64,000 nucleotides of DNA, taken from NCBI GenBank assembly GCA_004431415.1, contig QPMI01000674.1, positions 11,327 through 75,326 on the forward strand, given 5' to 3'. The stretch is from Cyanophora paradoxa CCMP329. Its lineage: Eukaryota > Plantae > Glaucophyta. Positions 21,701 through 30,729 of this stretch are shown one piece after another (the stretch's first letter is position 1; each line of letters begins with the position of its first letter). The notes beneath the pieces are model-generated. The model saw nothing but the letters and a program-made list of their open reading frames with translations. It did not search any database and was not told the origin of the DNA. Both the position numbers and the translations under genes were made by a program.

Positions 21701-23107
21701 TGCCATGCGCATTTCGAGCGACTTGATGTTATCGTTGAATATATAGATGTGCTTGTTGTGAATCATAAAGTGAATATTGCGTGGAAAGATGTTTTTGTTA
21801 ATTGATTCCGCCGCGAATTTGTATATTAACTTTCCGTCGACATCAAAGACGCGGAAGCCTGTCTGGATCCTCTTACAGAATTTCTCGATATGGCGGAGCG
21901 TGAGAGCCAGAGAGTCGCCAGGTGTGCGTTCACGACCGTGAAAGAATTTATAAAGACCGTCGTACGACATAGTTAAGTCAGTATATCGCGGTTTTGGCGC
22001 CTCCTGACACTTCTTAATGGACGCTCCCCATGTGGAGATGATCATATCATAGCCGCAAGCGTTAGATGTCGATGATTTGGGAAGCTCAATAACATCTTCG
22101 AACTCAGACGCGTTTGGATTTAATGTATAGTCTGTGAATTTGCTCATAATCGCGGTGCATCGCATGCTGTCCGTAAGCTCCTCATCCAGAAACGCATAGC
22201 GATTTCCAGGAATAGCACCGGCTCCGTCATCTTCGACACCTTCGTCCCCATAGATCACGACCTCATGCACAGTTATAAAGGCATCATCGACACTGCCGCC
22301 AAAATCATCGAAACCTTTGCGTAGTTTTTTCTGTTCCTCGGTTGGTGGTGTCTTAAAGAAGAACATCTCGTATGCTTGTCCGAAAGTTCCCAGACCAATC
22401 TTCAATTCATCGTAGTTTTCGAGTAAATCGAAGATTGAATCTCTCTCTTCCGAATAATAACGATTTTGAGCGGTGAGAATTCCATACACTCTATCGATTT
22501 TTGCCAGAGCAAAGTTTCTCAACACCCTCACCGAAACTGTCTCTCTTATATTCTGGTAGGTGACAAAGGTTTTGTCTTTTATATATGTTCCGGGAATTCC
22601 GGGAATAACAATTACCTCCGACGACCGAGCACCGGATCCGGGCGCCCATAGCTTGAACGTAATTGTTGCGAGAGTTTCCGGATCGTATGCGGCGATTGGG
22701 TCGAGAATAGTGCGTTTAATCGCATCCTCTACCGCTTTTAGTTTACCTCTCTGCTGCTTCGCTTCGAGTTTCGCTTCTTTCGCTCGTTTCTGTTCTTGCT
22801 TGCGATCGAAGCGCTGTAAACGCTTAGCCTCTTGTTCTTTTTGCTTCTGCTTTTCTATATTAACTTGGGTGCGAGCGGCACGCTTTTCTTTCCGCTCTGC
22901 CCTGCGGAAAACGCGGGGATTAATGATGCCATTCAGAGTATCCCGAATGTCGATCAGCGTTTGGAGCTTGGGCTTCCGATTCATTGTGTTGTGCATCGCC
23001 CAATGCGCCTGTTCTTCGGTTAGCAAATCCTGACTCAATCCCTGCATAATGTATCCGATAATTTCATCCCGAACATTGTTAGCGATTCTGTTGGTTGCGC
23101 GCGGCAT
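18797..23107 (-). CDS. Divergent family B polymerase - SF1 (Pif1/RecD-like) helicase - HNH endonuclease fusion
   Basis: VDMAKCYPS, KxxLVKEIGMLGK and IRTDCLY (PolB A/B/C); PGSGKS, MFDE, GDTYQNEP, HSTQGLT and YTALTR (SF1); CAIC...VDRINNRRPHLKDNCQLAHHGCN (HNH). Confidence 0.82.
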   Translation of the reverse strand: MPRATNRIANNVRDEIIGYIMQGLSQDLLTEEQAHWAMHNTMNRKPKLQTLIDIRDTLNGIINPRVFRRAERKEKRAARTQVNIEKQKQKEQEAKRLQRFDRKQEQKRAKEAKLEAKQQRGKLKAVEDAIKRTILDPIAAYDPETLATITFKLWAPGSGARSSEVIVIPGIPGTYIKDKTFVTYQNIRETVSVRVLRNFALAKIDRVYGILTAQNRYYSEERDSIFDLLENYDELKIGLGTFGQAYEMFFFKTPPTEEQKKLRKGFDDFGGSVDDAFITVHEVVIYGDEGVEDDGAGAIPGNRYAFLDEELTDSMRCTAIMSKFTDYTLNPNASEFEDVIELPKSSTSNACGYDMIISTWGASIKKCQEAPKPRYTDLTMSYDGLYKFFHGRERTPGDSLALTLRHIEKFCKRIQTGFRVFDVDGKLIYKFAAESINKNIFPRNIHFMIHNKHIYIFNDNIKSLEMRMAKMEVEELDNHVPKSTSSLALYKIPTCLTHDIFAHTSKDLLKITQLKLSPDERSFIRILYTGREGLEGLLFTFLKMRYEPAVKLTPSKQIDSITFKANGSMFSIKDPRTTDHFIEQDFETEEYYNKVCEIGKGFRESLLNATNISHYSPNMREILTHYKRSALSGYFYKPNPKATYTAVDMAKCYPSILKGMQYLPKYNVFDDFVPFKVGSDILEYAIYYVRVVAFEREQATFADDEDIDYDAAMSRKIDGIEIILDRAFSVSGRCYNFITGYTLSMHWADVKDKIEIIAVAEPSHLVPNTSIAEMKKVLSSDIQSTDKKHILVKEIGMLGKFQDSQTSTKMFYNRAEAERFAQECGGTVEVFTFNPKNSKRVKALSEFEGHIYFVKISSHRELVNGFLPIHFHIYDRNRANMFAQYKRLTARGHKVAGIRTDCLYIEGSWTSKKEFDRNAFENMGKFSYIPGKRCPENALRPPRGVTLEFQDPETLINRFSLRDEFNPECFNWVAKLHNRMLVLADMPGSGKSTLGINCFASQKSNCLVICPYNKQCAELRDSLKVRGIENITVRTLYNVLGIRVSNDQTYEEAMSEKDQRAFVSEFSHIMFDEIFAYSVKDLAKIKSFIDRYPDIKYLANGDTYQNEPINDELSVSDRKGYYKRAVQSMFPNVLSLRNNKRHKKETDRELIRAIKEDLFENGLEAAQIISKYGLPTINDLNAIPDGYFGIAYRNEMTLAYNKLMHDRRKVNIATVEVNGIKFYKGLEVVCRRYLRISRSEGESINAYTNYTYRITKITKQMVTLTDVFDGVTFEVPCAMLEHFSLPYAGTGHSTQGLTLDSGIVICEATFRYTTREWFYTALTRNRDLSTVLIYTPIHRFQGKSDYIEYLKTKIRGYKCQDQRAGRDFDEADYITPEWILERKKQQKGACAICSLPIPIEPQDPNYKLVVDRINNRRPHLKDNCQLAHHGCNCSKK

Positions 23108-23277
23108 CTCTATTAGTTCTTTTAAAATAACCGGAGAAAATAATTTCGGCGCAATCTACCAAATTCTCCTTTTCATACCCTTGTCGCCAATTCTTTAAGT
23201 GCTTTTTTGACGGATACGGGGAATAAAAAGAGAGGTAAAAAAATTAATCATTTTTTGCATCGTACGGATACTTTCCG

Positions 23278-23691
23278 CTACGAATTTTTTGCGTTCTCGA
23301 CCACATGCTTTCGGGGTCTTCCAGCGGGCTTTTGCGGCTGAGGTTTAGCGGGTGGGTTCAGCTTGCGTTCCGCTCTTTTCCTGCGTTGGTATTCACGTGC
23401 CTTCTCTCGGATTTTCTCCCGATACTCTTCATCGTCTTGGTATCGCTGCTGTTTACGAATTGCAATCTTTTGTAGCTGTTCCGGGGTGAATATCGTAGCC
23501 TCTCCGGCGGCTAATCGCTCCTGTTTCTGTCTCTGATGCTTGTTTCGCTGCCTCTCGGCGTCTTTTTCGCGTTTTAGTCTTAATCTCTCCGCCTTCTCCC
23601 CTTCTGTGATCACCTTCTTCGGTCGCCCGGGTCTGCGCTTTTCCTGCTGTGCCGCCATTGCCTCTTGGTTTGAGATCTTGGGTTTCGCCAT
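23278..23691 (-). CDS. Basic DNA-binding protein with two AT-hooks
   Basis: RRPGRPKK and AGRPRK; orthologue of 7204-7530. Confidence 0.8.
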   Translation of the reverse strand: MAKPKISNQEAMAAQQEKRRPGRPKKVITEGEKAERLRLKREKDAERQRNKHQRQKQERLAAGEATIFTPEQLQKIAIRKQQRYQDDEEYREKIREKAREYQRRKRAERKLNPPAKPQPQKPAGRPRKHVVENAKNS

Positions 23692-23815
23692 TTACTATAA
23701 CCGGAGAAAATAGTTTTTTGTCACTCTGTATTATTTCCCTTGCCCTTATATACCTTTTACCGAAACCTTCAATTTTTGCGCTCGGATCGATAGGAGCACC
23801 ACCGAAATTCACCGC

Positions 23816-24229
23816 TCAATAACCGTTCCAGACAGTTCGTTCTTGTTGCTGAGGATATACATAAGGGTTTGTTAAGCTGTCATCGTCGCCTAATGCCATT
23901 TGATCCAATCTATACATCGGATAAGGTGAATCAGCGCGAAAATGCCCTTCCACAAATTCAGGACATGATCGCCTTCTAATATGCTCTACATGCACATCCT
24001 CTATCTGAGAGGTTTCGATATTGGAACTCATAGCCGCGGGCACAGGCGAGGGCGATCGAGATCTTGGGTGGTTGTGATTGTCGCTGTGGTTAGAATATAC
24101 AGAAAGGCGCCTACCTCCATTCTCGTCGTCAGAAATATTAACCTCTACGGTTGTGTCGCAACAGGAGTTATGGCACGTGCTCGTGAAATGTAAATGAAAC
24201 ATTTCGATGCATTGTGTGATGAAATTCAT
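23816..24229 (-). CDS. Small protein with EMFxLHxxSxCHxxCC motif
   Basis: Orthologue of 6550-6822. Confidence 0.75.
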   Translation of the reverse strand: MNFITQCIEMFHLHFTSTCHNSCCDTTVEVNISDDENGGRRLSVYSNHSDNHNHPRSRSPSPVPAAMSSNIETSQIEDVHVEHIRRRSCPEFVEGHFRADSPYPMYRLDQMALGDDDSLTNPYVYPQQQERTVWNGY

Positions 24230-24278
24230 CGACCCTACAAATGGGCAACGTATTAAATATCGGAGAAAATAAAAGGGA

Positions 24279-24437
24279 ATGAGGGCTTTACTTGCTCGTG
24301 TGTTCCCCTACGAATTAGTCGACCTTATAATGCTGTTTATGGAGCCGACATGCCCGTTTTGCAAGGGCATTCATATTAAGACACGCTCTAAATACGGGCG
24401 GGTTCAGCTTTGCCTTGCGGATATTCACAGCCATTAG
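24279..24437 (+). CDS. 52-aa ORF with F-box-like N-terminus and CPFC motif (below track cut-off)
   Basis: MRALLARVFPYELVDLIMLFMEPTCPFCKGIHIKTRSKYGRVQLCLADIHSH; fills the intergenic gap. Confidence 0.45.
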   Translation: MRALLARVFPYELVDLIMLFMEPTCPFCKGIHIKTRSKYGRVQLCLADIHSH

Positions 24438-25117
24438 CGGATATGGCGTTTACCACCAAGCATTGCGGCATAATTTACGGGTGCAGTCGGCACTATGTGC
24501 GCATATTGCGGGGCGACCGATTGCTGACGAGTTACGGCTTGCGCATCTGTCTTTTCCTCCTTTTTAATCTCCTCTACGTCGACTTTTTGCTTTAATCCGA
24601 GTTTGGAGATCTCTTTCTTTACAAGCCCCTTTAATTTCTTGCGTTCGTTATAATCTTGCATCCATTTCTCGTAGTTAGAGACTTTCATTTCAAGGTCTCG
24701 CACTTTCTCTTCAAAGCTCATGACAACGTCGACAGGAACCGTGTGTTTTTGATAGGATCCGCGCTTTTTGAGCTCGGTTTCGGCGGCTTTCGGAACGTCT
24801 TGTGTCTTGTGTTGGCTTGCAACAACTTGCGCTTTGAGTACTTTGTCGGTTGCTTCATCGACAGAGCCGCCTCCAATCTGTGGTTTTACAGTAGCTAAAT
24901 CCTCCATTTGGCGTTTACCGCTATCTTGGTTTCCCTTGTCCGCGGTGGCACTCGCAATAATCGCCTCTTGCTTGGCGACCTCCTCTGGCGAAGTGTCTAC
25001 AAGATATTCGGGCATTTCGAGACCGCCACCCGACGTTAATCCAGACTCTTCAAGTCCGCGATTTGGATTACCAGAAGCGACCGCTTGTAGGGTTTGAGGC
25101 TTCTTTCGGTAGACCAT
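24434..25117 (-). CDS. Hypothetical coiled-coil protein
   Basis: Orthologue of 5793-6527. Confidence 0.75.
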   Translation of the reverse strand: MVYRKKPQTLQAVASGNPNRGLEESGLTSGGGLEMPEYLVDTSPEEVAKQEAIIASATADKGNQDSGKRQMEDLATVKPQIGGGSVDEATDKVLKAQVVASQHKTQDVPKAAETELKKRGSYQKHTVPVDVVMSFEEKVRDLEMKVSNYEKWMQDYNERKKLKGLVKKEISKLGLKQKVDVEEIKKEEKTDAQAVTRQQSVAPQYAHIVPTAPVNYAAMLGGKRHIR

Positions 25118-25119
25118 GA

Positions 25120-25986
25120 TTATCTTTTCTTACACTTGATTAACATTTTCTTTTTCTTAGGCGAAATTTGGGAAAGTTTGGGGATACCTTCAAGCTCACG
25201 CTCAAATTTGGATAAAGTTTTACAGACAGTTGTCGAATCTTTGACAGGCGGCGGTTTTGTAGCTTGCTCTTCTTGTTGTTTGCGCTTCTTTTCTTCAAAA
25301 GCCGCCCGCTTGTGGAATTTAGTAAACGGGTGGTCATCGATCATATCGGCTTTTTCGACCCACCATCGCACAGAATACCCGGTATTATCGTGAATGATCG
25401 CTTGGTAGCTATGACAAAACTCTTGGAACATACGTTTGAAACTCTCCTTATCCATGTTGCCGAATTCCTCGTGATATGCTTCGAACTCTCGCATGTTTGA
25501 CCAGCTGAGGAATATGATATACTCCGCATTACTGCGAATGATAGTTGACAGCTTTGTTAATTTCTGCGAGATTAAAGCCACGGAACAAAACGTATGACGA
25601 CCTTGCGCCATCAATTTATTTAGCAAATGATCGCGCGAAAGATCGATAGTTCCGGACTCCAAACAATCGTCGAGTACGATGAGAATATTCTTTGGTTTCT
25701 TACCCGCGATGATGGCTTTTTTGCGGGCTTCTATGATCGACTCTACATATTCCGGCTTCCAGGTATCATGCACTTCGTCTGTTATTTGACCCCAGAAACC
25801 GTTGAAACTCGTAGGACAGAAAACCAGAACATACGAGATCTGATCTTCGAGTTCTTTGATCAGCCACTTTAAGAATACCGATTTACCACAATTGGTTTTC
25901 GCCAATAGGAGAAATCGTGCGGGAAGTTTCACCCTCTGTTTCGGGTTCCATTCTTCGAGATCCATGGGCGTTGTCCCTTTTTGCAT
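25120..25986 (-). CDS. A32-like packaging ATPase of element B
   Basis: AKTNCGKS, ILIVLDDC, QGRHTFCSVALISQ, IIRSNAEY. Confidence 0.92.
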   Translation of the reverse strand: MQKGTTPMDLEEWNPKQRVKLPARFLLLAKTNCGKSVFLKWLIKELEDQISYVLVFCPTSFNGFWGQITDEVHDTWKPEYVESIIEARKKAIIAGKKPKNILIVLDDCLESGTIDLSRDHLLNKLMAQGRHTFCSVALISQKLTKLSTIIRSNAEYIIFLSWSNMREFEAYHEEFGNMDKESFKRMFQEFCHSYQAIIHDNTGYSVRWWVEKADMIDDHPFTKFHKRAAFEEKKRKQQEEQATKPPPVKDSTTVCKTLSKFERELEGIPKLSQISPKKKKMLIKCKKR

Positions 25987-26036
25987 TCTTTCACTATAAA
26001 AACAATAGAAAAATAAGACTGAATGTGGTCAATAGA

Positions 26037-27350
26037 CTAGGCGCTTACTCTTCGAAGACCGTCGCCTGTGACTATCATTATGTTATGAGCAAGGGCGATG
26101 CACTGAATTTGCATCTTCTGATATGCCGACGATGCATACCACTCCTCATTACCGACTCCACCGGCTGTGACACCATTGAATTCGAAGACCAGATCGAACG
26201 CCGATGTGCCTGTGGCATCGATGTAGCCCGTGTTCTCTTGGTTGAGAAGCGACGCCTTTCCGTTTCCAGCACCGAAGTAAATGCCAGAGAGAGCCGGGTA
26301 GCTTGTGCTCTCGGTGAAAATCGCCGAATTATATTTATCTTGAAGTTCGGTCGCGGCAATCATGAGAGGAAGCGAAGTATTCGAGTAGAGGCGGTTATTG
26401 TTGAGTTCCACATAGAAGCTTACAGCGTTGGTTCGGAGTGCACGAGGAGCCAGAACCGAGAGAGTTCCGTTGTTCACCTTCGTCTTCGCGTTTTGGCGCA
26501 CAGAGAATACGAGAGTGTGGATGAGACCCGCACCTGTGAGTTGCGAGAGATTGACTCGCGAACCGGAGGCGGTCGGCTGGAAATCTGTGTGGAGGAAACC
26601 GATTTCGTTGTAGGGGATCGCGATACCAGTCGATTTTACACGGGCAATGGTCTCAGATACAACCGCCTCATCGGCATTTACGACCTTGCAGATAATGCGG
26701 GGTTTCAGCACTTGAAGGGAAGCGCCATTGTTGGTAACCGCAATATTGGCAACATTGTTAGTATCCTCAATGATACCATCACCAATCGCCTTGAATTCGA
26801 TTTCGACCACGATCTCAGAGTTCAGAGCGCAAAGTGGGAACATCGCCTTCTCGAAAGGAGAGGGTAAATCGATTTCGTAGGTTCCACCGACAGTGTTACC
26901 AGCGGTTCCGACAAGACCACCCACATAGCGAAGTTTCTTATCGAGTTCGCCCTGTTCGGTCATCAGTAGAAAATACTGGGTGACGAAATCCTCTGGGACA
27001 ACGTAGCGGAATGAAGCGTGAGAGATTTCGATGCGCTTAATTAGCGATCCAATAACGCGAAGGTAGCCAGTAGTTCCAGCGACACCATTCGTGAGATCAG
27101 TGAGGGTGATCGGGTTAAGATCGAGTTGCAGCGCGAGACCATTCAGGAAATGGTAGCGGGGGATTTTGAAGACAACTCGGTTGCCGAGAGCGCTGGGTGG
27201 CTCAGTGTCGGGGGCGACCAGAACTCGAAGTGGCTTAGTGCCAGAGGACGTTCCAATGACCAGCGACTTGTTTAGGAAATAATCCTTGTAGTCATCGGTG
27301 GTGAGCATAGATTTCAGCGTTGGGCGCTGGAATTGGCTGTTAGTCTCCAT
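26037..27350 (-). CDS. Major capsid protein of element B
   Basis: ~437 aa, beta-rich; GNRVVFKIPRY, LIKRIEIS, FPLCAL. Start METNSQ chosen by homology to A's MDITST. Confidence 0.78.
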   Translation of the reverse strand: METNSQFQRPTLKSMLTTDDYKDYFLNKSLVIGTSSGTKPLRVLVAPDTEPPSALGNRVVFKIPRYHFLNGLALQLDLNPITLTDLTNGVAGTTGYLRVIGSLIKRIEISHASFRYVVPEDFVTQYFLLMTEQGELDKKLRYVGGLVGTAGNTVGGTYEIDLPSPFEKAMFPLCALNSEIVVEIEFKAIGDGIIEDTNNVANIAVTNNGASLQVLKPRIICKVVNADEAVVSETIARVKSTGIAIPYNEIGFLHTDFQPTASGSRVNLSQLTGAGLIHTLVFSVRQNAKTKVNNGTLSVLAPRALRTNAVSFYVELNNNRLYSNTSLPLMIAATELQDKYNSAIFTESTSYPALSGIYFGAGNGKASLLNQENTGYIDATGTSAFDLVFEFNGVTAGGVGNEEWYASSAYQKMQIQCIALAHNIMIVTGDGLRRVSA

Positions 27351-27397
27351 GAGCGTTTCTTCTCTTATCTTTGGGATCAGAAAATAATTTACAGGGC

Positions 27398-28324
27398 TCA
27401 ATAGAAATTCATTTCGGGCGGTGCGTCGTAGGTTTCGATTTCAAAAGTGAAATAATGCGCCCAAACCCCGAAATCTAAGAGAGCGCCATCATGGTCGATG
27501 AGTTTAATCGTGAGGCGGTCGAAAGATTTTAATTCGCGGAATTCGCGAACGAGAGGCACAGTAGTGGACGTGTCGAAGTGGTAGATATCACCATGTTCGA
27601 GTTCCTGTGGGATTGGAATGCGCATGAAATAACCGTCGACGTGCTTGTTGACTGAGCGAATAAATGGCGCGAATTCCTCAATATATAGCCAGATCATTGC
27701 AGCCGGGGTCTCATCTCCACGAGTATAGCCGCGAATGCGTCGATTAAGTGTCACAGTCCCCGATCCAGGATTGAATACAAGGAATGTATCGCTTGCAAGA
27801 GGGGTAAATGTCTCGTAAACATATAGCTGAATATCTTTGAAACCGAATATTGCGAGTTTCTTAGCGATTGCTTTGCGATTACTGGATTTTCTGAGTGTTT
27901 CAGGGGAAGCTTTGGAGAACTTGAACCAAAAGTTACTATCACTGAAAAACTCATAGATCTTTGAAGTAGTATTATAGCGGCATTTAATATATTTTCCACC
28001 GAAATCTGAAAGGCGAGCTGCTTCGAGTCTTTCTGTGACTTTTGCGGCAAGGTCGTCTTTGGTGTAAAATCCTTTGGGGATTGTGATGGTCACGAATCCG
28101 GAATCCGAAGCTGTGACCGAGAAATAGAGTTCCATGCGCTCGATGGTTGCACCAGTCGCGTCTATATCGTTTGTCACGGTCGAAAGAACATTGGGAACCG
28201 TTGCCTGCACCAGGCGCACCGATTTTACGTTGTCATAGCGACGGGGTAATGTCACTACATACTGGTTTGGCTGAGTAAACTCCTCATCGCGATCATCGCT
28301 CGAAAAGCTCAGGTATTCTTTCAT
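27398..28324 (-). CDS. Minor capsid/penton-like protein 2 of element B
   Basis: LSFSSDDRD...YVVTLPRRYDNVKSVRLVQATVPN...LTIKLIDHDGALLDFG...FTFEI. Confidence 0.72.
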   Translation of the reverse strand: MKEYLSFSSDDRDEEFTQPNQYVVTLPRRYDNVKSVRLVQATVPNVLSTVTNDIDATGATIERMELYFSVTASDSGFVTITIPKGFYTKDDLAAKVTERLEAARLSDFGGKYIKCRYNTTSKIYEFFSDSNFWFKFSKASPETLRKSSNRKAIAKKLAIFGFKDIQLYVYETFTPLASDTFLVFNPGSGTVTLNRRIRGYTRGDETPAAMIWLYIEEFAPFIRSVNKHVDGYFMRIPIPQELEHGDIYHFDTSTTVPLVREFRELKSFDRLTIKLIDHDGALLDFGVWAHYFTFEIETYDAPPEMNFY

Positions 28325-28340
28325 CTTACTATAATAGATT

Positions 28341-29186
28341 ATGAAAAGAATAACAATAAATTGCGACAGTAGAGACCTTGAAAATGGCGTGCTGCACTTG
28401 AAAACGCGCCTTAATAATGTGCGACGATTTCGTGTGCTATCCGCTGAGATTCCCAATAGCTCTTATGTTGTTCCGCCCGATCAGACAATAACTATAACGC
28501 TTCTAAACGAAGAGCCCACAGTAATCCCCGCATCCAAAATGATAGCACCGATTCCCAGCGTAAACGATTATTATTACGTCGATGCTGATAACGAACGATA
28601 TCCGAAAGAGAGAGCTCTAAACAGTGATGCTTTACTCGGATTTGCGGGCGGTTCTTTTAATCCACTCGGTCTCTTCCCGGTCTCCTATTCTCTCGCTCTG
28701 TCTACGAACCGCTTCGTTTTCTCATCTCCGAATAGCCCTTTTACATTAGAGTCCTCAGACCAGGAGTTCTGTGATTGTCTCGGCATAGAACCCGGAGTGG
28801 TTTACGCCAGCACACCAGAACCAGTGACGGTTCCACTCAGAGATTACCCCAGTCGCTACGCGATTATATGCCCGAAAATGGTCGACTTTAATGCAATTCC
28901 ATATATTTACCTTGATATCGAAGAGCTCCGCCCTTTTACCAAATTCGCAGCGGTTACAGGTAGACAGAACAATGTCGACGACTCCTATCTATTGCGAATT
29001 CAGATGAATTCGGACTTTGGTAGATATTCCTTTTACCACGAACCGAGCGCAAGCATCCCTTTCGTAAATGTCACATCGCAACTCGATTTAGATCGTCTCA
29101 CAATTTCGCTTCGAAAATGGCGGGGCTCTGTTGCGGATATAAACGGTCTCTCATACTCGTTCCAGCTCGAAGTGATCACGGATTAA
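28341..29186 (+). CDS. Minor capsid/penton-like protein 1 of element B
   Basis: ITINCDSRD...NVRRFRVLSAEIPNS...LTISLRKWRGSVADINGLSYSFQLEV. Confidence 0.72.
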   Translation: MKRITINCDSRDLENGVLHLKTRLNNVRRFRVLSAEIPNSSYVVPPDQTITITLLNEEPTVIPASKMIAPIPSVNDYYYVDADNERYPKERALNSDALLGFAGGSFNPLGLFPVSYSLALSTNRFVFSSPNSPFTLESSDQEFCDCLGIEPGVVYASTPEPVTVPLRDYPSRYAIICPKMVDFNAIPYIYLDIEELRPFTKFAAVTGRQNNVDDSYLLRIQMNSDFGRYSFYHEPSASIPFVNVTSQLDLDRLTISLRKWRGSVADINGLSYSFQLEVITD

Positions 29187-29192
29187 GCGCTG

Positions 29193-30686
29193 TCACACAT
29201 AGTAGCCCTCGAAATCAATTCGGCATGCCGAAGCAATATTCGTCGTGAGCACCCAGATTACGAGGGTTCTCACAGATCTCGGGTTCGCTAAGAAATGTTC
29301 GTCGGGCTCCGCACTTCCGGCTATTTGATTTGCATTGGTAAACACTCTCGTCGCGCCGGCTTCTGTGTATGTAACAAGCGCAGAAACTCCGGAAGTGAGC
29401 TGGTAATCGATCTCAAACGTTTTAATATAGTTGCCATTCGCAGCCGGCTTCATTTTTATTGAGGAAAGCATGAACAGACGCGGAAAATCGATGCGTAAAT
29501 AATTGCCTCCCGACCTACTACCTTGCGGCGGGTTGGTAAATCCCACCCACCCCGTAGCATTCGACCAGCGGGCATTGGAGGCTGTCCCGAATTCCGCAAT
29601 AAAAGCGCTATTATCGAGCGGCACCCAGTTGGACTCCGGGGGTGCGCTTACATCTGTGCACCCGGACAGATTAATTATGGGAACGTCGCCCTCTGATAAA
29701 TTCATTGTCAGCACTGAATACATTGCATTAAAATACGTTTGCTGTGCGGAAACAAACGTGAGCGCTTCCGTTTCTAAATATTGCAGGTGACTCGTTGTGA
29801 TAGTATCGAGGGTCATTTTATCTTTCGGTAAAGGGACGCTCAGCTTATAGTAGCGATCGTAGTTCTGATCATCATTTCTGGGTAAAAGTTCCAGCAGCTT
29901 TACGTGGGCATTTAGATCGCTCGACTCTAAGAACATGCTGAGAATTGGCGATCCTGTCGCGCTTAGCATCCATTGCACGATTCCCCAATTTTTCATAGTG
30001 TCATACGAATATCCAGCTGTCGCTTTATCTAAGTCTTGGACGTGACCCGCCGTAATCGAAACCACGATAAGCTCCTCCTCGCAAGAGTTTCCGAATAAAG
30101 TGCGGGCGAATGTGTAGCCACAAACCCCGGGCGAATTATTTCCGCTCATGCAACCATCGATTAAACAGTATGTTCTCCCGGCGACTGTGACTTGTTTCGG
30201 CTCGAAATAGGTGGGAGCAGCCGAGGTAGCCCTTGCAGCATCTCGCACAAGCATCCCATTAATATCTTCGTCGTTGCTGGAAATAAAAACGGGGGACATT
30301 AAGACCGTGTCAAACGCAGTCACGATGGTGGGTTTATAGAGATCCGCCATAGTCGCTGAGCCGCAGAGTTCGAGAGCCACCGCTTCTAAATTCGTGGCTT
30401 CATACTTGGGGCGTTGCACAATCGATGTGAGCACTCGTGGATTTGCGAAAATCAGCGGTAGCTTCGCTTTGTAGAGCGCCAGAATATCAGTAGCAGTATA
30501 TTTAGGGGCGCCATCGGTTCCCTTGATATTCAATAGGAGCGCGATTAATCCACCTGTGGATGTTCCCGCAAAGCAGTCGAATAGCTGTTGGATTCGTTTA
30601 CCTGTTTGTGCTTCAATCTGTGCCAGTATAGCAGCCTCGATTATTCCGCGCGACCCCCCTCCACTCAGACATAAAACGGTCTTCAT
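29193..30686 (-). CDS. Patatin-like phospholipase with C-terminal discoidin (F5/8C)-like domain
   Basis: LSGGGSRG, AGTSTGG, ATSAAPTYF, IDG; NYLRIDF...YIKTFEIDY...RIDFEG. Confidence 0.9.
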   Translation of the reverse strand: MKTVLCLSGGGSRGIIEAAILAQIEAQTGKRIQQLFDCFAGTSTGGLIALLLNIKGTDGAPKYTATDILALYKAKLPLIFANPRVLTSIVQRPKYEATNLEAVALELCGSATMADLYKPTIVTAFDTVLMSPVFISSNDEDINGMLVRDAARATSAAPTYFEPKQVTVAGRTYCLIDGCMSGNNSPGVCGYTFARTLFGNSCEEELIVVSITAGHVQDLDKATAGYSYDTMKNWGIVQWMLSATGSPILSMFLESSDLNAHVKLLELLPRNDDQNYDRYYKLSVPLPKDKMTLDTITTSHLQYLETEALTFVSAQQTYFNAMYSVLTMNLSEGDVPIINLSGCTDVSAPPESNWVPLDNSAFIAEFGTASNARWSNATGWVGFTNPPQGSRSGGNYLRIDFPRLFMLSSIKMKPAANGNYIKTFEIDYQLTSGVSALVTYTEAGATRVFTNANQIAGSAEPDEHFLANPRSVRTLVIWVLTTNIASACRIDFEGYYV

Positions 30687-30729
30687 TATCTTATATACTT
30701 CTTATATATCTTCTTTGTTTATAAAGAGG

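Noticed and set aside
25917-26867. 316-aa plus-strand ORF and similar antisense ORFs across both PLVs
   Set aside because: Shadows of motif-bearing genes on the opposite strand, with no counterpart in the other element.
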